A stretch of DNA of 50,759 nt from the sequence record OR896827.1, one strand, 5' to 3'. Of the stretch, positions 30,862-39,398 are shown in pieces (positions within the stretch are counted from its first letter, which is position 1; each line of letters starts with the position of its first letter). The notes under the pieces are model-generated. The model was not told the origin of the DNA and ran no database searches. It saw only the letters and a list, made by a program, of their open reading frames with translations. Origin of the DNA: Escherichia phage MikeNSara. The translations under genes and the position numbers were made by a program.

Positions 30862-31093
30862 GCAAGGAAGAGATGCGGTATGGAATCACGCTAAAGAATG
30901 CGGTATTGCCGACGATATAAAGAAGATCGCGCAATACTTTGATATTGCAGATGTGAGCATAATTAGCGGCGACAAGATGACTTTCCTCAAGGAAAGGCCG
31001 CGAAAAATGGTAAGAGTTCCAGCAGTTCCAACAAAAATTGATTTCAAAGAGGCAATGGCTAAAATCCGAGAGCCTCGCAAATATTATAAATGA
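30851..31093 (+). CDS. hypothetical protein
   Basis: ORF overlapping previous small gene; track start was TTG 30803, ATG 30851 preferred. Confidence 0.4.
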   Translation: MKVEQGRDAVWNHAKECGIADDIKKIAQYFDIADVSIISGDKMTFLKERPRKMVRVPAVPTKIDFKEAMAKIREPRKYYK

Positions 31094-31187
31094 GGATAGT
31101 TATCATGTGGCGCTTGTTTGTTCTACCGTTACCCGTTATCATCGCTGTTACAGTTATGTACCATATAGTAATGAGATAGGTAGCAGA

Positions 31188-32303
31188 ATGAAAAATGTAA
31201 AAATTACAGATGAGCAATTCAAGATCGAACGGGCGGCGGGTAAGACATATAAACAGATCGCTCAAGAGTACGGGATGAATGTGAGAAGCGTCGAGCGTCG
31301 CGCTGCGCGTCTTGCAAAACAAGGACAGGTGTCAACCATTGGAGCGCCTGGTTTTGGTGTTCATGGTGAGTCAGTAATGACAGACAAAGAAGGCAATATA
31401 ATCCTCAAGTGGACAAAAACCAGCAAGGACAAAGAGCAATTAGAAGCATTGATGCGCGCAGCAATGGAGGCGTTTAGCGAGGAAGTGCCGCGATTAGATC
31501 CAGTTCCATTGCAGGAGCGTAACTATAATGAAACGCTTTCATTGTATCCGATCTTTGACATGCACTTAGGAGCTATGGCCCATAAGCACGAATGCGGAGA
31601 AAATTGGGATACAGCTACGGCTGAGCGCGTTATGAATAACTTTATCGACTATGCTTTGATGTGCGCACCGGACAGCGAAAAGGCTGTTATCCTGATTGGT
31701 GGCGATATGCTGCATAGCGACGGCCTGGAGGCTGTGACACCTGCAAGCGGTCACGTACTTGATCAAGATAGCCGATATGCAAAATTGGTTTACGTTGCAA
31801 TCCGCGCAATGCGTCGCGCAATTAATAAAATGCTGTTAAAGCATAAACATGTTGAGGTCCAGATCGTAGAGGGCAATCACGACCAATCAGGAATGATTTG
31901 GCTACGCGCAGCAATGGCGGCAGCATATGAGAACGAGCCGCGCGTTTACGTTGATGTTTCTCCTCGCGTTGTTCACCACACGCAATACGGAAAAACTTTC
32001 CTTGCGTACCATCACGGGCACACAGTGCGCAAACCTGAGACTTTGCTAATGATGTGCGCGTCAGATTGGCGGGAGGACTTCGGAAACTCAAAAACGATGT
32101 ATGCGCACGTAGGGCACTGGCATCACCAGACAGTGACGGAAACGTCGCTTGGGATCGTGGAGGTACATAGCACCCTGGCGGCAAAAGACGCATACGCCGC
32201 GCGAGGTGGCTGGAGATCTCGACGCCGTGCGGCGGTTATCATTTACGACAAAGAGCATGGAGAAGTCGGGCGATTTGTTCACTATCCAGAAATGATGAAT
32301 TGA
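31188..32303 (+). CDS. HTH-containing calcineurin-like metallophosphoesterase
   Basis: N-terminal HTH (KTYKQIAQEYGMNVRSVERRAARLAKQG) fused to phosphoesterase motifs DMHLG, GGDMLHSD, GNHD, HHGH, GHWHH; start moved from TTG 31038 to ATG 31188. Confidence 0.6.
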   Translation: MKNVKITDEQFKIERAAGKTYKQIAQEYGMNVRSVERRAARLAKQGQVSTIGAPGFGVHGESVMTDKEGNIILKWTKTSKDKEQLEALMRAAMEAFSEEVPRLDPVPLQERNYNETLSLYPIFDMHLGAMAHKHECGENWDTATAERVMNNFIDYALMCAPDSEKAVILIGGDMLHSDGLEAVTPASGHVLDQDSRYAKLVYVAIRAMRRAINKMLLKHKHVEVQIVEGNHDQSGMIWLRAAMAAAYENEPRVYVDVSPRVVHHTQYGKTFLAYHHGHTVRKPETLLMMCASDWREDFGNSKTMYAHVGHWHHQTVTETSLGIVEVHSTLAAKDAYAARGGWRSRRRAAVIIYDKEHGEVGRFVHYPEMMN

Positions 32304-32350
32304 TGAATTTTTATTTAAATCAATGACAAATTAAATCAAAAACTTGCAAA

Positions 32351-32378
32351 GGGGCGGCGTTTGTCGCCTCTTTTTTTT
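32351..32378 (+). terminator. intrinsic terminator before lysis cassette
   Basis: GC-rich hairpin followed by T8. Confidence 0.6.
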
Positions 32379-32448
32379 GTTTAATTTTTTACCATGTGCG
32401 TTTATCATGCGGTCAATATATTGACTTTAATTAATATGGAGAATAAAA

Positions 32449-32664
32449 ATGAAAGATTTTATTAACGCAGCTACCGCCGGATCTGGCGGTTCATCTATCG
32501 CAAGCGCCGCTACAGGGCAGTTAACCATTGCTATTGCCAGTTTTGTTTTAATGGCTGCATTCGGTGCGTGGGGCGCTTACCTTCGCTGGCGTGATAGTAA
32601 AAAATTCCACGAGGCGATCGAAAAAGGTGATATTCAAAAAGCTATTGAGATCAGGGGCAAGTAA
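32449..32664 (+). CDS. holin (pinholin-like, two TMDs)
   Basis: 71 aa; weakly hydrophobic G/A/S-rich TMD1, hydrophobic TMD2, charged C-terminus; immediately upstream of SAR endolysin. Confidence 0.7.
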   Translation: MKDFINAATAGSGGSSIASAATGQLTIAIASFVLMAAFGAWGAYLRWRDSKKFHEAIEKGDIQKAIEIRGK

Positions 32665-33155
32665 TGAGCATAAAGAACAGGGTAGCGGCGGCGGCCTTTG
32701 GCGTTGCGGTTGCCTTGACTTCTCCACTTCTTGAAGAGATCGAAGGGGTAAGATACAAGCCATACAAAGATATTGCGGGAGTATGGACGGTTTGCGCAGG
32801 AATCACCGGACCAGATGTTATCCTGGGGAAAACGTACACTAAAAAAGAGTGTGATGATTTGTTGGCTAAGCATATCCATGTTGCTAAAAAGGAAGTTGAC
32901 AAGCAGGTTAAGGTTGACATTCCTGATAGTATGCGTGCAGCAATGTACTCATTCACTTATAATGCAGGCGTGGGAGCTTTCAGAAATTCAACAATGCTGA
33001 AACTCATCAACCAGGGGAAATTAAACGAGGCTTGCGATCAGCTTTATCGTTGGACGTATTACCATAACCCCAAAACAGGAAGGCGCGAGAAGTCTAAAGG
33101 CTTACTTAACAGGCGCAAGGTCGAATACAAATATTGCACAATGGATCTGAAATGA
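32664..33155 (+). CDS. SAR endolysin (GH24 lysozyme, phage 21 R / P1 Lyz type)
   Basis: N-terminal Ala/Gly-rich signal-anchor-release segment then [23 protein letters not shown] (E-D-T catalytic triad) and [10 protein letters not shown]; close resemblance to phage 21 R recalled from memory. Confidence 0.85.
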   Translation: MSIKNRVAAAAFGVAVALTSPLLEEIEGVRYKPYKDIAGVWTVCAGITGPDVILGKTYTKKECDDLLAKHIHVAKKEVDKQVKVDIPDSMRAAMYSFTYNAGVGAFRNSTMLKLINQGKLNEACDQLYRWTYYHNPKTGRREKSKGLLNRRKVEYKYCTMDLK

Positions 33156-33547
33156 TGAGGAAATTTTTACTTACACCAATCGCAATGGCGGTGATCTTGT
33201 CTGGATGTTCAAGCGTTACGCCACTGACCGGATTAATCGGCAGTAAGCCGGAAATCACAGCACAGGCTGGCGCGGAGAACGTGAGGCAGGCAGTTGGCAT
33301 TACAGCAAAGCAGGACGCCAGCACAAAACAGAAAACCACAATAAAGGAATCTGCGGTTGACAAGGTGGACACGTCCAGCAAGAAGCATTTCACAACATCA
33401 ACCATTCAGGCCAATACCATCAAGGCAGACAAAATTCAGGTCGTGCAGGGTAATAACGGCAGATGGTACGATCCAATAATCATATGCGTGGTTGTGTTAA
33501 TTGTGCTGATTTGTCTTTACTGGAGAGAAAAGAAAAAGGAGGCTTAA
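33152..33547 (+). CDS. unimolecular spanin (u-spanin, T1 gp11-like)
   Basis: N-terminal lipoprotein signal with lipobox LSGC plus C-terminal transmembrane helix ([16 protein letters not shown]) and basic tail; overlaps endolysin stop (ATGATG); last lysis gene. Confidence 0.7.
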   Translation: MMRKFLLTPIAMAVILSGCSSVTPLTGLIGSKPEITAQAGAENVRQAVGITAKQDASTKQKTTIKESAVDKVDTSSKKHFTTSTIQANTIKADKIQVVQGNNGRWYDPIIICVVVLIVLICLYWREKKKEA

Positions 33548-33564
33548 TGCCTCCTTTATTTTTA
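33530..33564. terminator. bidirectional terminator between spanin gene and convergent leftward early operon
   Basis: AGGAGGC-TTAAT-GCCTCCT with A-rich upstream and T-rich downstream flanks; overlaps spanin stop. Confidence 0.7.
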
Positions 33565-33786
33565 TGCGTCGGGCCACATATGAGTTTCGTTTGTTGGCTT
33601 GTTCGATTCGTCGTACCGCCTTACTTCAATGCTGCAAGTGTCGCCGTACATTTCTGCAATCTTGCGCTCATTTTCAACCGCCGATTGCTCACTCCATCCA
33701 AAATCCCTGTCGTAAATTGTCGGTATTTCAGCAGAAGATCCGTTGTCATGATTATATACGCGAACTACTAAAAACTTGCTGGACAT
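33562..33786 (-). CDS. hypothetical protein
   Basis: Minus-strand ORF ~35 nt downstream of motif-type promoter 33823..33866. Confidence 0.5.
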   Translation of the reverse strand: MSSKFLVVRVYNHDNGSSAEIPTIYDRDFGWSEQSAVENERKIAEMYGDTCSIEVRRYDESNKPTNETHMWPDA

Positions 33787-33822
33787 AATTTTACCTTTTG
33801 GTTGTTTCGTTTCGATGAAACA

Positions 33823-33866
33823 AATATACCCGACACTAGGCCGGGCGTTTTAACAAAAAATGCTAT
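33823..33866 (-). promoter_or_regulatory. motif-type promoter cassette (leftward)
   Basis: 20-mer 33847..33866 (one A/G change), 18-bp spacer identical to that of 30606..30649 cassette, -10 TATATT; gene ATG 33786 downstream. Confidence 0.55.
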
Positions 33867-34057
33867 TCCATACGCTTTACCGTAACCAGTAATACACCAT
33901 CATCATTGCATAAAACATGTTCAGTGGTGCTAAAAGCGCGCATATCTGAATAAAGTAGCGTAAGTAAAGCATGAATAAAATCCTCATGTGATATTGAATT
34001 TACGGCGCAGTGCTTCAAGATCTTGTCTATTAGCTTTTGCCTGGAACAATTCATCAT
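33863..34057 (-). CDS. hypothetical protein (uncertain)
   Basis: ORF whose stop is the TAG inside the 20-bp motif, as for other genes; GGGAG upstream of ATG; overlaps 3' end of 33984..34379 by 74 nt. Confidence 0.3.
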   Translation of the reverse strand: MMNCSRQKLIDKILKHCAVNSISHEDFIHALLTLLYSDMRAFSTTEHVLCNDDGVLLVTVKRME

Positions 34058-34379
34058 CGCCCATCTCCCCTATTCTCGCCATATCCCTGATCCAGTCGTT
34101 GCGCATACCATCCAGGCTATACAATTCGAATCCGAAAGGCCGCTTTGATGATCCTTTGGACCAGTATTTTCCGCAGACCCCATCTATATAACCAGCCGTC
34201 ATCATTCTTGCGCAAAATTCCTTAGATGCAAGGCTGGCGAACATTCGCGGCGTAAGTCCGGCGGCCCGCGCGAGCCGCTCGCATTCTCTATGCTGATAGA
34301 TAAATTTGGCTATGTGCTGCCTGTTAAACCAGTCGTATGACTCACACCATTTATACAGATCAAGCAAAAACATAATCAT
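33984..34379 (-). CDS. hypothetical protein
   Basis: ATGA overlap with upstream ATPase gene stop. Confidence 0.5.
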   Translation of the reverse strand: MIMFLLDLYKWCESYDWFNRQHIAKFIYQHRECERLARAAGLTPRMFASLASKEFCARMMTAGYIDGVCGKYWSKGSSKRPFGFELYSLDGMRNDWIRDMARIGEMGDDELFQAKANRQDLEALRRKFNIT

Positions 34380-35956
34380 CCCAGCAGTATTGGATTGACA
34401 AAAATAACACCATTAATCACGCAAACATAATTTCTTTCTTCCAGCATTGGAAGCAAGTGCCCTTCTATCCTCTTCATTACGCCAGCTTGACCAACGAAAG
34501 GTTTTACCTTTCTCGCTGATTCGTACAGGGCGCGAATATTCAGAATCCCTTTATTAGCCTTGCCGTGTCTAGTGATCAATTCAATCAATTTGCCCATTTC
34601 AGCATCATCACCAGCATAACCAGAAGCATTGGCGGCGCTAATGTATGTTTTGCTCAATTCCTGAAACATGATCAGCGCCTCTTGCATTGTTTCCACGTCG
34701 ATCTCTTTCGACTTCTGCGGGTATCCAGCAGGATTAAACCAATTGCGGATAACATGCAGGACGGAAGCAAGCCTGATCACCTGTTTATCCATTTTACCCA
34801 GCGCACCGCGTAACATTGTATGAGAATACTTTCCGCCGTCTGCAAGATGCGGTTCCATATCCTGGCGAGCAATGTTGAGCACTCGCATAGCTGAACGGCT
34901 TATTTTCAGCGATATATTTGATTCGCTCATGATGTTATGCACCAATTGATAATATTGGGCCTTCAATTCAGGATCCACCGCCTCATAGGTAGAATCACCA
35001 TTTTCATCAATGAATGAGCGACGGCCTAAGAATGATTCCTCACGGACCAACAAAAAGCGCTCACTCACACCGATACCGCGCGATCCAGCGTCCATGATTC
35101 CGCTTATCGTTTCATCCTGGGCTATAACGCTCATACATCCAAGCGCGCGAAAACTCATGTTATTGTCAGCATTAGCACGGGCAATTGATACGTGACCATT
35201 ATCCCACGCCTTAAGCACTAGCTCGCTGTTAGTCTTCCTTTCGCTATTGGCATAGGTCAAGCCTAACAGGCTGTTAATACTTGTTGCTTCGTCAGATATT
35301 ACGGCAAAGTTACCTTGCTTGTTGTTGATTTTCGCCAAGCCTTCTGGAGTGGTATCTGAAACAGGGAAAGTTATATCACACATCTTTTCCAGCTTCTCCT
35401 CCAGATCCTCTTTTTCCTGGTATAGAGATTCCATATCAGCGCCTGATCTTTCGCTTTTCATCTCCTTTGCAAGACCTGCCAACTTTGCCTGTATTTTCTT
35501 TCTTTCCTTGCGGCGTTGCTCGTTGATCTTCTCAACTTCCGCAATCATCGGAGCAATAGCCATACTGTTGATCGCAGATTTACCAGTTGACGGCGGCTGG
35601 CTTGTAACGACGTAAAGCGCAGTCGGCTGATCGGTTCCGTGATAGTCAACCGTAAAGCGTCCAAGCATAGCGGCAGAAATGCAGCCGATAAAGTGCATGT
35701 AAGCCGATGATTCAGGAAATTGAACGGATCGCGCAATACTGCGTGATAACTTGCCGACAACATCAATATCATTACCAAGAGAAATAACGGGGTAGCGATC
35801 GTGACCGCTATTTACATCCTTCACGTCGCCCCAAAAGCTGGACGACTGGCGATAGCCGTTAGCCTGAATTGATACGCGAACTGGTGAAAGGTTCTGGCTT
35901 TCAGCCATAGCGATTATTTGCTGTGGAGTTAATTTGTTCGTTTCTAATGAAAACAT
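34376..35956 (-). CDS. P-loop ATPase (DUF3987-like, putative replication/helicase-associated)
   Basis: Walker A-like SQPPSTGKSA and Walker B-like FAVISDEA; 526 aa; RBS AAGGAG; motif promoter upstream. Confidence 0.5.
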   Translation of the reverse strand: MFSLETNKLTPQQIIAMAESQNLSPVRVSIQANGYRQSSSFWGDVKDVNSGHDRYPVISLGNDIDVVGKLSRSIARSVQFPESSAYMHFIGCISAAMLGRFTVDYHGTDQPTALYVVTSQPPSTGKSAINSMAIAPMIAEVEKINEQRRKERKKIQAKLAGLAKEMKSERSGADMESLYQEKEDLEEKLEKMCDITFPVSDTTPEGLAKINNKQGNFAVISDEATSINSLLGLTYANSERKTNSELVLKAWDNGHVSIARANADNNMSFRALGCMSVIAQDETISGIMDAGSRGIGVSERFLLVREESFLGRRSFIDENGDSTYEAVDPELKAQYYQLVHNIMSESNISLKISRSAMRVLNIARQDMEPHLADGGKYSHTMLRGALGKMDKQVIRLASVLHVIRNWFNPAGYPQKSKEIDVETMQEALIMFQELSKTYISAANASGYAGDDAEMGKLIELITRHGKANKGILNIRALYESARKVKPFVGQAGVMKRIEGHLLPMLEERNYVCVINGVIFVNPILLG

Positions 35957-35984
35957 TCGTTAGCTTCTCCTTTGTGGGCCGTAA

Positions 35985-36028
35985 ATTTTAACGGCCCAAT
36001 ACTACCCCGTTTTGTCAAAAAGTGCTAT
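35985..36028 (-). promoter_or_regulatory. motif-type promoter cassette (leftward, variant)
   Basis: GTTTTGTCAAAAAGTGCTAT at 36009..36028, 18-bp spacer, -10 TAAAAT; ATPase gene ATG 35956 downstream. Confidence 0.5.
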
Positions 36029-36246
36029 TTGATCCGCTCTATTGCAACCAGAAGTCGATCAGGCTGGCGGTCGCTGTAGCATTCTCCTGTAATCCCATCC
36101 TTAAACGTAAAGTAAAGCGCCTTATGATATGAAAAACCAATCAGCCAACCTACCGCCGTTTTTTTGATGGGCCTGACTATATCGCCAGGCTTGAAAGTCT
36201 TTGTGGTAGAATGCGTTACTTTGTAACGGTTTTCACTGTTTATCAC
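36025..36246 (-). CDS. hypothetical protein
   Basis: GTG start overlapping upstream stop (GTGA), RBS GAGGG; stop is TAG of motif 36009..36028. Confidence 0.45.
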   Translation of the reverse strand: MINSENRYKVTHSTTKTFKPGDIVRPIKKTAVGWLIGFSYHKALYFTFKDGITGECYSDRQPDRLLVAIERIK

Positions 36247-36629
36247 AGATATTTGCCCTCAAAAAGATAACAGCCGCCAGCAGAGAATCCGACCTCTTCA
36301 CGGTACAGGTTCCAGCGGTCGCCGCACTCATCAAAAACATAACCCGCAACGCTTCCAAGCGGTCGCCCTTTCTCGATCTGGTATCGCTTGCCCTGCTTAA
36401 AGTGCTTTTTGCACGGCATGTTATGATCTACAAACGTGCAAAGAACGGTTTTTGTGTTAATGGCGCGGTAATCATCTCGGTTTGCTGGAAGCCAGCGGCT
36501 ACCCTTAACAAGCGTCTTAACCTGGAACTCTTCCACCTCGATCACATCATTACTTCCTGCAATCTTCTGATAAACCGTTTTAAAACGTCCTTTCATCAAT
36601 ACGTTGGTTTCATTACAGATAACATTCAT
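36243..36629 (-). CDS. hypothetical protein
   Basis: RBS AAGGAG; ~30 nt downstream of motif promoter 36659..36702. Confidence 0.5.
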   Translation of the reverse strand: MNVICNETNVLMKGRFKTVYQKIAGSNDVIEVEEFQVKTLVKGSRWLPANRDDYRAINTKTVLCTFVDHNMPCKKHFKQGKRYQIEKGRPLGSVAGYVFDECGDRWNLYREEVGFSAGGCYLFEGKYL

Positions 36630-36658
36630 GATTAGATCTCCTTTGTTTGTTCGATGTG

Positions 36659-36702
36659 ATTATGCCAGGTTTTTACACCTGGCTTTTAACAAAAAGTGCT
36701 AT
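36659..36702 (-). promoter_or_regulatory. motif-type promoter cassette (leftward)
   Basis: 20-mer 36683..36702, hairpin-forming 18-bp spacer, -10 CATAAT; gene ATG 36629 downstream. Confidence 0.55.
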
Positions 36703-37409
36703 TTTGAGTTTGACTCAAAGACGGCGCGAGCAAAGCCGCGCGGAGTGAGAGAGCGGATCATCTTTGTGCGCGATGACTTGCCGCCAGTTTTGGCCCAGCC
36801 TGGATTATCTTTGTCTTCCTCTTTCGGCAGGATTAAAGCGCGTGGAGGAATAACAAAGCCGTTGCCAGTCCAGAGGCACGTTTTCTTAAAATAGCGATCC
36901 CGCGCCGGAATAATATCAGGGAAGTCGGGATGTTTATCATCTTCCGGCAGATAGCCAGCGTAATCGCACGGATGGAACGTATAATCAGGCTTTCGCCATA
37001 ACGTTGACAACTTGCCAACCGGATTTTCGATCATGTAAGGAACGCCGAAATAATCAGCTATATCAGCCGCGATCCTGCAAGTGTCGGCGGCCTCATCCTG
37101 GAACGATGGATTCTCAAGGCGTTTTTTGGCCCAATGGCGAGATCCGCTATTTGCAAGGTCAGTGCACGGCGGAAATGCCATAATAAAGTCAGGAATGCCC
37201 CATTCCTCCCAGCGCGCGCGGTGGTAAAATCTTTCATCAATCCAGACGTTAACATATTCGATATTCTCATGCTGTATGCGCACTGACTGGTAATCACCGT
37301 GATCGCCGCCGTCAGCATTAAAGCAAATGCACTTATAGCCATTATCAGCCCAATCTTTAACGGCTTTACCAGATCCATCAAATAGGGAGAATATTAAACC
37401 TTTATACAT
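36699..37409 (-). CDS. putative DNA (cytosine-5)-methyltransferase-like protein (short form)
   Basis: FSLFDGSG (motif I-like), PPCTD (PC motif), ENPVG (ENV motif); only ~236 aa; start moved to ATG 37409 with RBS GAGGT. Confidence 0.5.
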   Translation of the reverse strand: MYKGLIFSLFDGSGKAVKDWADNGYKCICFNADGGDHGDYQSVRIQHENIEYVNVWIDERFYHRARWEEWGIPDFIMAFPPCTDLANSGSRHWAKKRLENPSFQDEAADTCRIAADIADYFGVPYMIENPVGKLSTLWRKPDYTFHPCDYAGYLPEDDKHPDFPDIIPARDRYFKKTCLWTGNGFVIPPRALILPKEEDKDNPGWAKTGGKSSRTKMIRSLTPRGFARAVFESNSK

Positions 37410-37419
37410 CGTAATTACC

Positions 37420-37644
37420 TCAAAACGGAAAACAGCGCGCACAACCAGGATCGAAATCGCATCCACAATCATTAACAATCATAGTGGGATCTGCAAATAT
37501 TGCGCTTGATTCAAGATCCATATCCATATCACCTAAAGCCTCATCAAGAGTCTTAATTTTATATGCCACTTCAAGCGCCGCCTCTTTATTTAGTCCGGCA
37601 TCTTCTGCCATTTGAAGGCGTTCAAAAAATCCGTCTTGACTCAT
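37420..37644 (-). CDS. hypothetical protein
   Basis: RBS AAGGAG; acidic; C-terminal CGCDFDPGCARC cysteine cluster. Confidence 0.5.
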   Translation of the reverse strand: MSQDGFFERLQMAEDAGLNKEAALEVAYKIKTLDEALGDMDMDLESSAIFADPTMIVNDCGCDFDPGCARCFPF

Positions 37645-37757
37645 CGCATAATCTCCTTAATAACAACCAAGATAATAGCCAGGCCAGCAGCAGTAACCAA
37701 AAAGCCAGCCGCGCCAATAATCGAATAAAAAAAGAAATCAATAGCTTTATCCATCAT
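37641..37757 (-). CDS. hypothetical small membrane protein (38 aa)
   Basis: Not in ORF track; RBS GAGGTG; single hydrophobic helix; stop overlaps next ATG (ATGA). Confidence 0.35.
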   Translation of the reverse strand: MMDKAIDFFFYSIIGAAGFLVTAAGLAIILVVIKEIMR

Positions 37758-37799
37758 TTTTCACCTCATTTAAAAGGCGGCAAAACGCCGCCAGATTAA

Positions 37800-38027
37800 T
37801 TAAAGAGCGCGCCAACTTTGAATATAGAAAGCGTTTTCTTCCAGTAATTCTTTTACCTGATCTTTATTGTATTTGCGCACCTTGCCGCCTGGATGGATAC
37901 CAATAAGATAGCCGCCTTTGCCCTCGGTGATAGTGATTTGGCTAATTCCGCAGGACTTATCAAGTTTTACAGCCACGCGGTGATGAGCGTCAATAGTTGC
38001 CATAATGTTTAAAACTTTTGCTTTCAT
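37800..38027 (-). CDS. hypothetical protein
   Basis: RBS GAGGAT upstream of ATG 38027. Confidence 0.5.
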   Translation of the reverse strand: MKAKVLNIMATIDAHHRVAVKLDKSCGISQITITEGKGGYLIGIHPGGKVRKYNKDQVKELLEENAFYIQSWRAL

Positions 38028-38135
38028 TTAAATATCCTCAATTGAAATATGAATGACGTGGCGCTCTTTTTCCGTCGCCGCCGTAATGGTCATTTGCAAC
38101 CGCCACCATCCAAGCGTTTTTGAAAATAAATAGCC

Positions 38136-38348
38136 TCATTTCTTATTTTTCAGCTTAAATTTATGACTTGGAACACCAGCGCCAATATACCCATCGTTGT
38201 ATTCCATTAAATAAAGGTGAATACCATTATCTGAAATTACATGAGGATCTTCTTTGAGATTTCCCATTAGTGGATATTCTTTTCCGCGCGTAAATTTCCA
38301 AATTGAGTTATAAGTTTCTACGCATTTAAGTTTTAATTGCTTTGCCAT
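38136..38348 (-). CDS. hypothetical protein
   Basis: ATG overlapping upstream stop. Confidence 0.45.
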   Translation of the reverse strand: MAKQLKLKCVETYNSIWKFTRGKEYPLMGNLKEDPHVISDNGIHLYLMEYNDGYIGAGVPSHKFKLKNKK

Positions 38349-38629
38349 TATGCGATCCCAGTTACGTTAAAACTTACAGCCCTTGTTGCGCTAAATACAT
38401 AAGCATCAACAGCGCCGCCAAATACACGAATTTTACCCTGGCCGTACTGCGCATTCATATTTCGCCAAACCGTTCTATTAGAGCAGAATGCGCTACCAGT
38501 CTTAATAAGCGTATCCATCTCTTTTCTTAGATCGCGATAGTCAAGCCAGAATCTAAAGGCGCGCTGTTTAATTCGCGCCGCCTTGATTTTTTCTCTTGCG
38601 CTATTGAAATCATTCTTTTCGTATGCCAT
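38348..38629 (-). CDS. hypothetical protein
   Basis: ATG overlapping upstream stop. Confidence 0.45.
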   Translation of the reverse strand: MAYEKNDFNSAREKIKAARIKQRAFRFWLDYRDLRKEMDTLIKTGSAFCSNRTVWRNMNAQYGQGKIRVFGGAVDAYVFSATRAVSFNVTGIA

Positions 38630-38826
38630 TAAATGATCTCCATGTATGTTTCAAAGCCATTTAACTTGAACAGGCCGTTTTCACATTTGCGCACGTTCCA
38701 AGTTAGCCCTGAGTGGTACGCCTCCATATCATCAAGGTCAATGGTGATTTCAGCACCTTTCTTAAACAAACCTTTTTCGTGAGACTTGTCGCGCTTAACA
38801 ACTTTAACATCAACCTGATTTTCCAT
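38629..38826 (-). CDS. hypothetical protein
   Basis: ~30 nt downstream of motif promoter 38858..38901. Confidence 0.5.
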   Translation of the reverse strand: MENQVDVKVVKRDKSHEKGLFKKGAEITIDLDDMEAYHSGLTWNVRKCENGLFKLNGFETYMEII

Positions 38827-38857
38827 CTTTAAATCCTCGTTTGTTGTCGATGCGCAT

Positions 38858-38901
38858 AATATACCAATCAGAGGCGCATCGGTTTTAACAAAAAGTGCTA
38901 T
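38858..38901 (-). promoter_or_regulatory. motif-type promoter cassette (leftward)
   Basis: 20-mer 38882..38901, 18-bp spacer, -10 TATATT; gene ATG 38826 downstream. Confidence 0.5.
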
Positions 38902-39179
38902 TCAACAACAGATCCAGTTAAAGAGATAAGTGCTCTTGTGATCTTGTGTCTGCGATACTTACGCGCAACAACAGGAAGATTTTCACCGCTTTGATGCCCA
39001 AAAGTGATCGGCAACTCTTCTCCTCCAGACATACCGAACTCAGTGTGTGTTGGTTTGTTCCGCCAACCCTGGATAAAACCGAAACGGTCACGAGTTATGT
39101 ACCTGTAGTTGTTAGGTAGGGGCAATTGTATCCCCTCAAAATCCACTGTGTCGGTGTAGCTGTAAAACTTAGAACTCAT
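38898..39179 (-). CDS. hypothetical protein
   Basis: Start moved from TTG 39194 to ATG 39179 (RBS GGAG); stop is TAG of motif. Confidence 0.45.
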   Translation of the reverse strand: MSSKFYSYTDTVDFEGIQLPLPNNYRYITRDRFGFIQGWRNKPTHTEFGMSGGEELPITFGHQSGENLPVVARKYRRHKITRALISLTGSVVE

Positions 39180-39321
39180 AGTCAACAACTCCAAATTCGT
39201 TTACGATTTGCGCCTTGTAGAAGCCGCCATTTTTCGCCAGGTTGTAACAAGCGGCTACGGTTTCAAATTCGCGCGCTTCCGGCTGGCTGTTTTCGTTTTC
39301 CCAGGTAATCAGAGTAACCAT
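39169..39321 (-). CDS. hypothetical small protein (50 aa)
   Basis: Not in ORF track; RBS GAGGA 8 nt upstream of ATG 39321, ~27 nt downstream of motif promoter 39355..39398. Confidence 0.4.
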   Translation of the reverse strand: MVTLITWENENSQPEAREFETVAACYNLAKNGGFYKAQIVNEFGVVDYEF

Positions 39322-39354
39322 TTTCAAATCCTCGCATTCGTTGTCGATGCGTGT

Positions 39355-39398
39355 AATGTACAGGAATGCGAGGATTGAGTTTTAACAAAAAGTGCTAT
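39355..39398 (-). promoter_or_regulatory. motif-type promoter cassette (leftward)
   Basis: 20-mer 39379..39398, 18-bp spacer, -10 TACATT; small gene ATG 39321 downstream. Confidence 0.55.
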
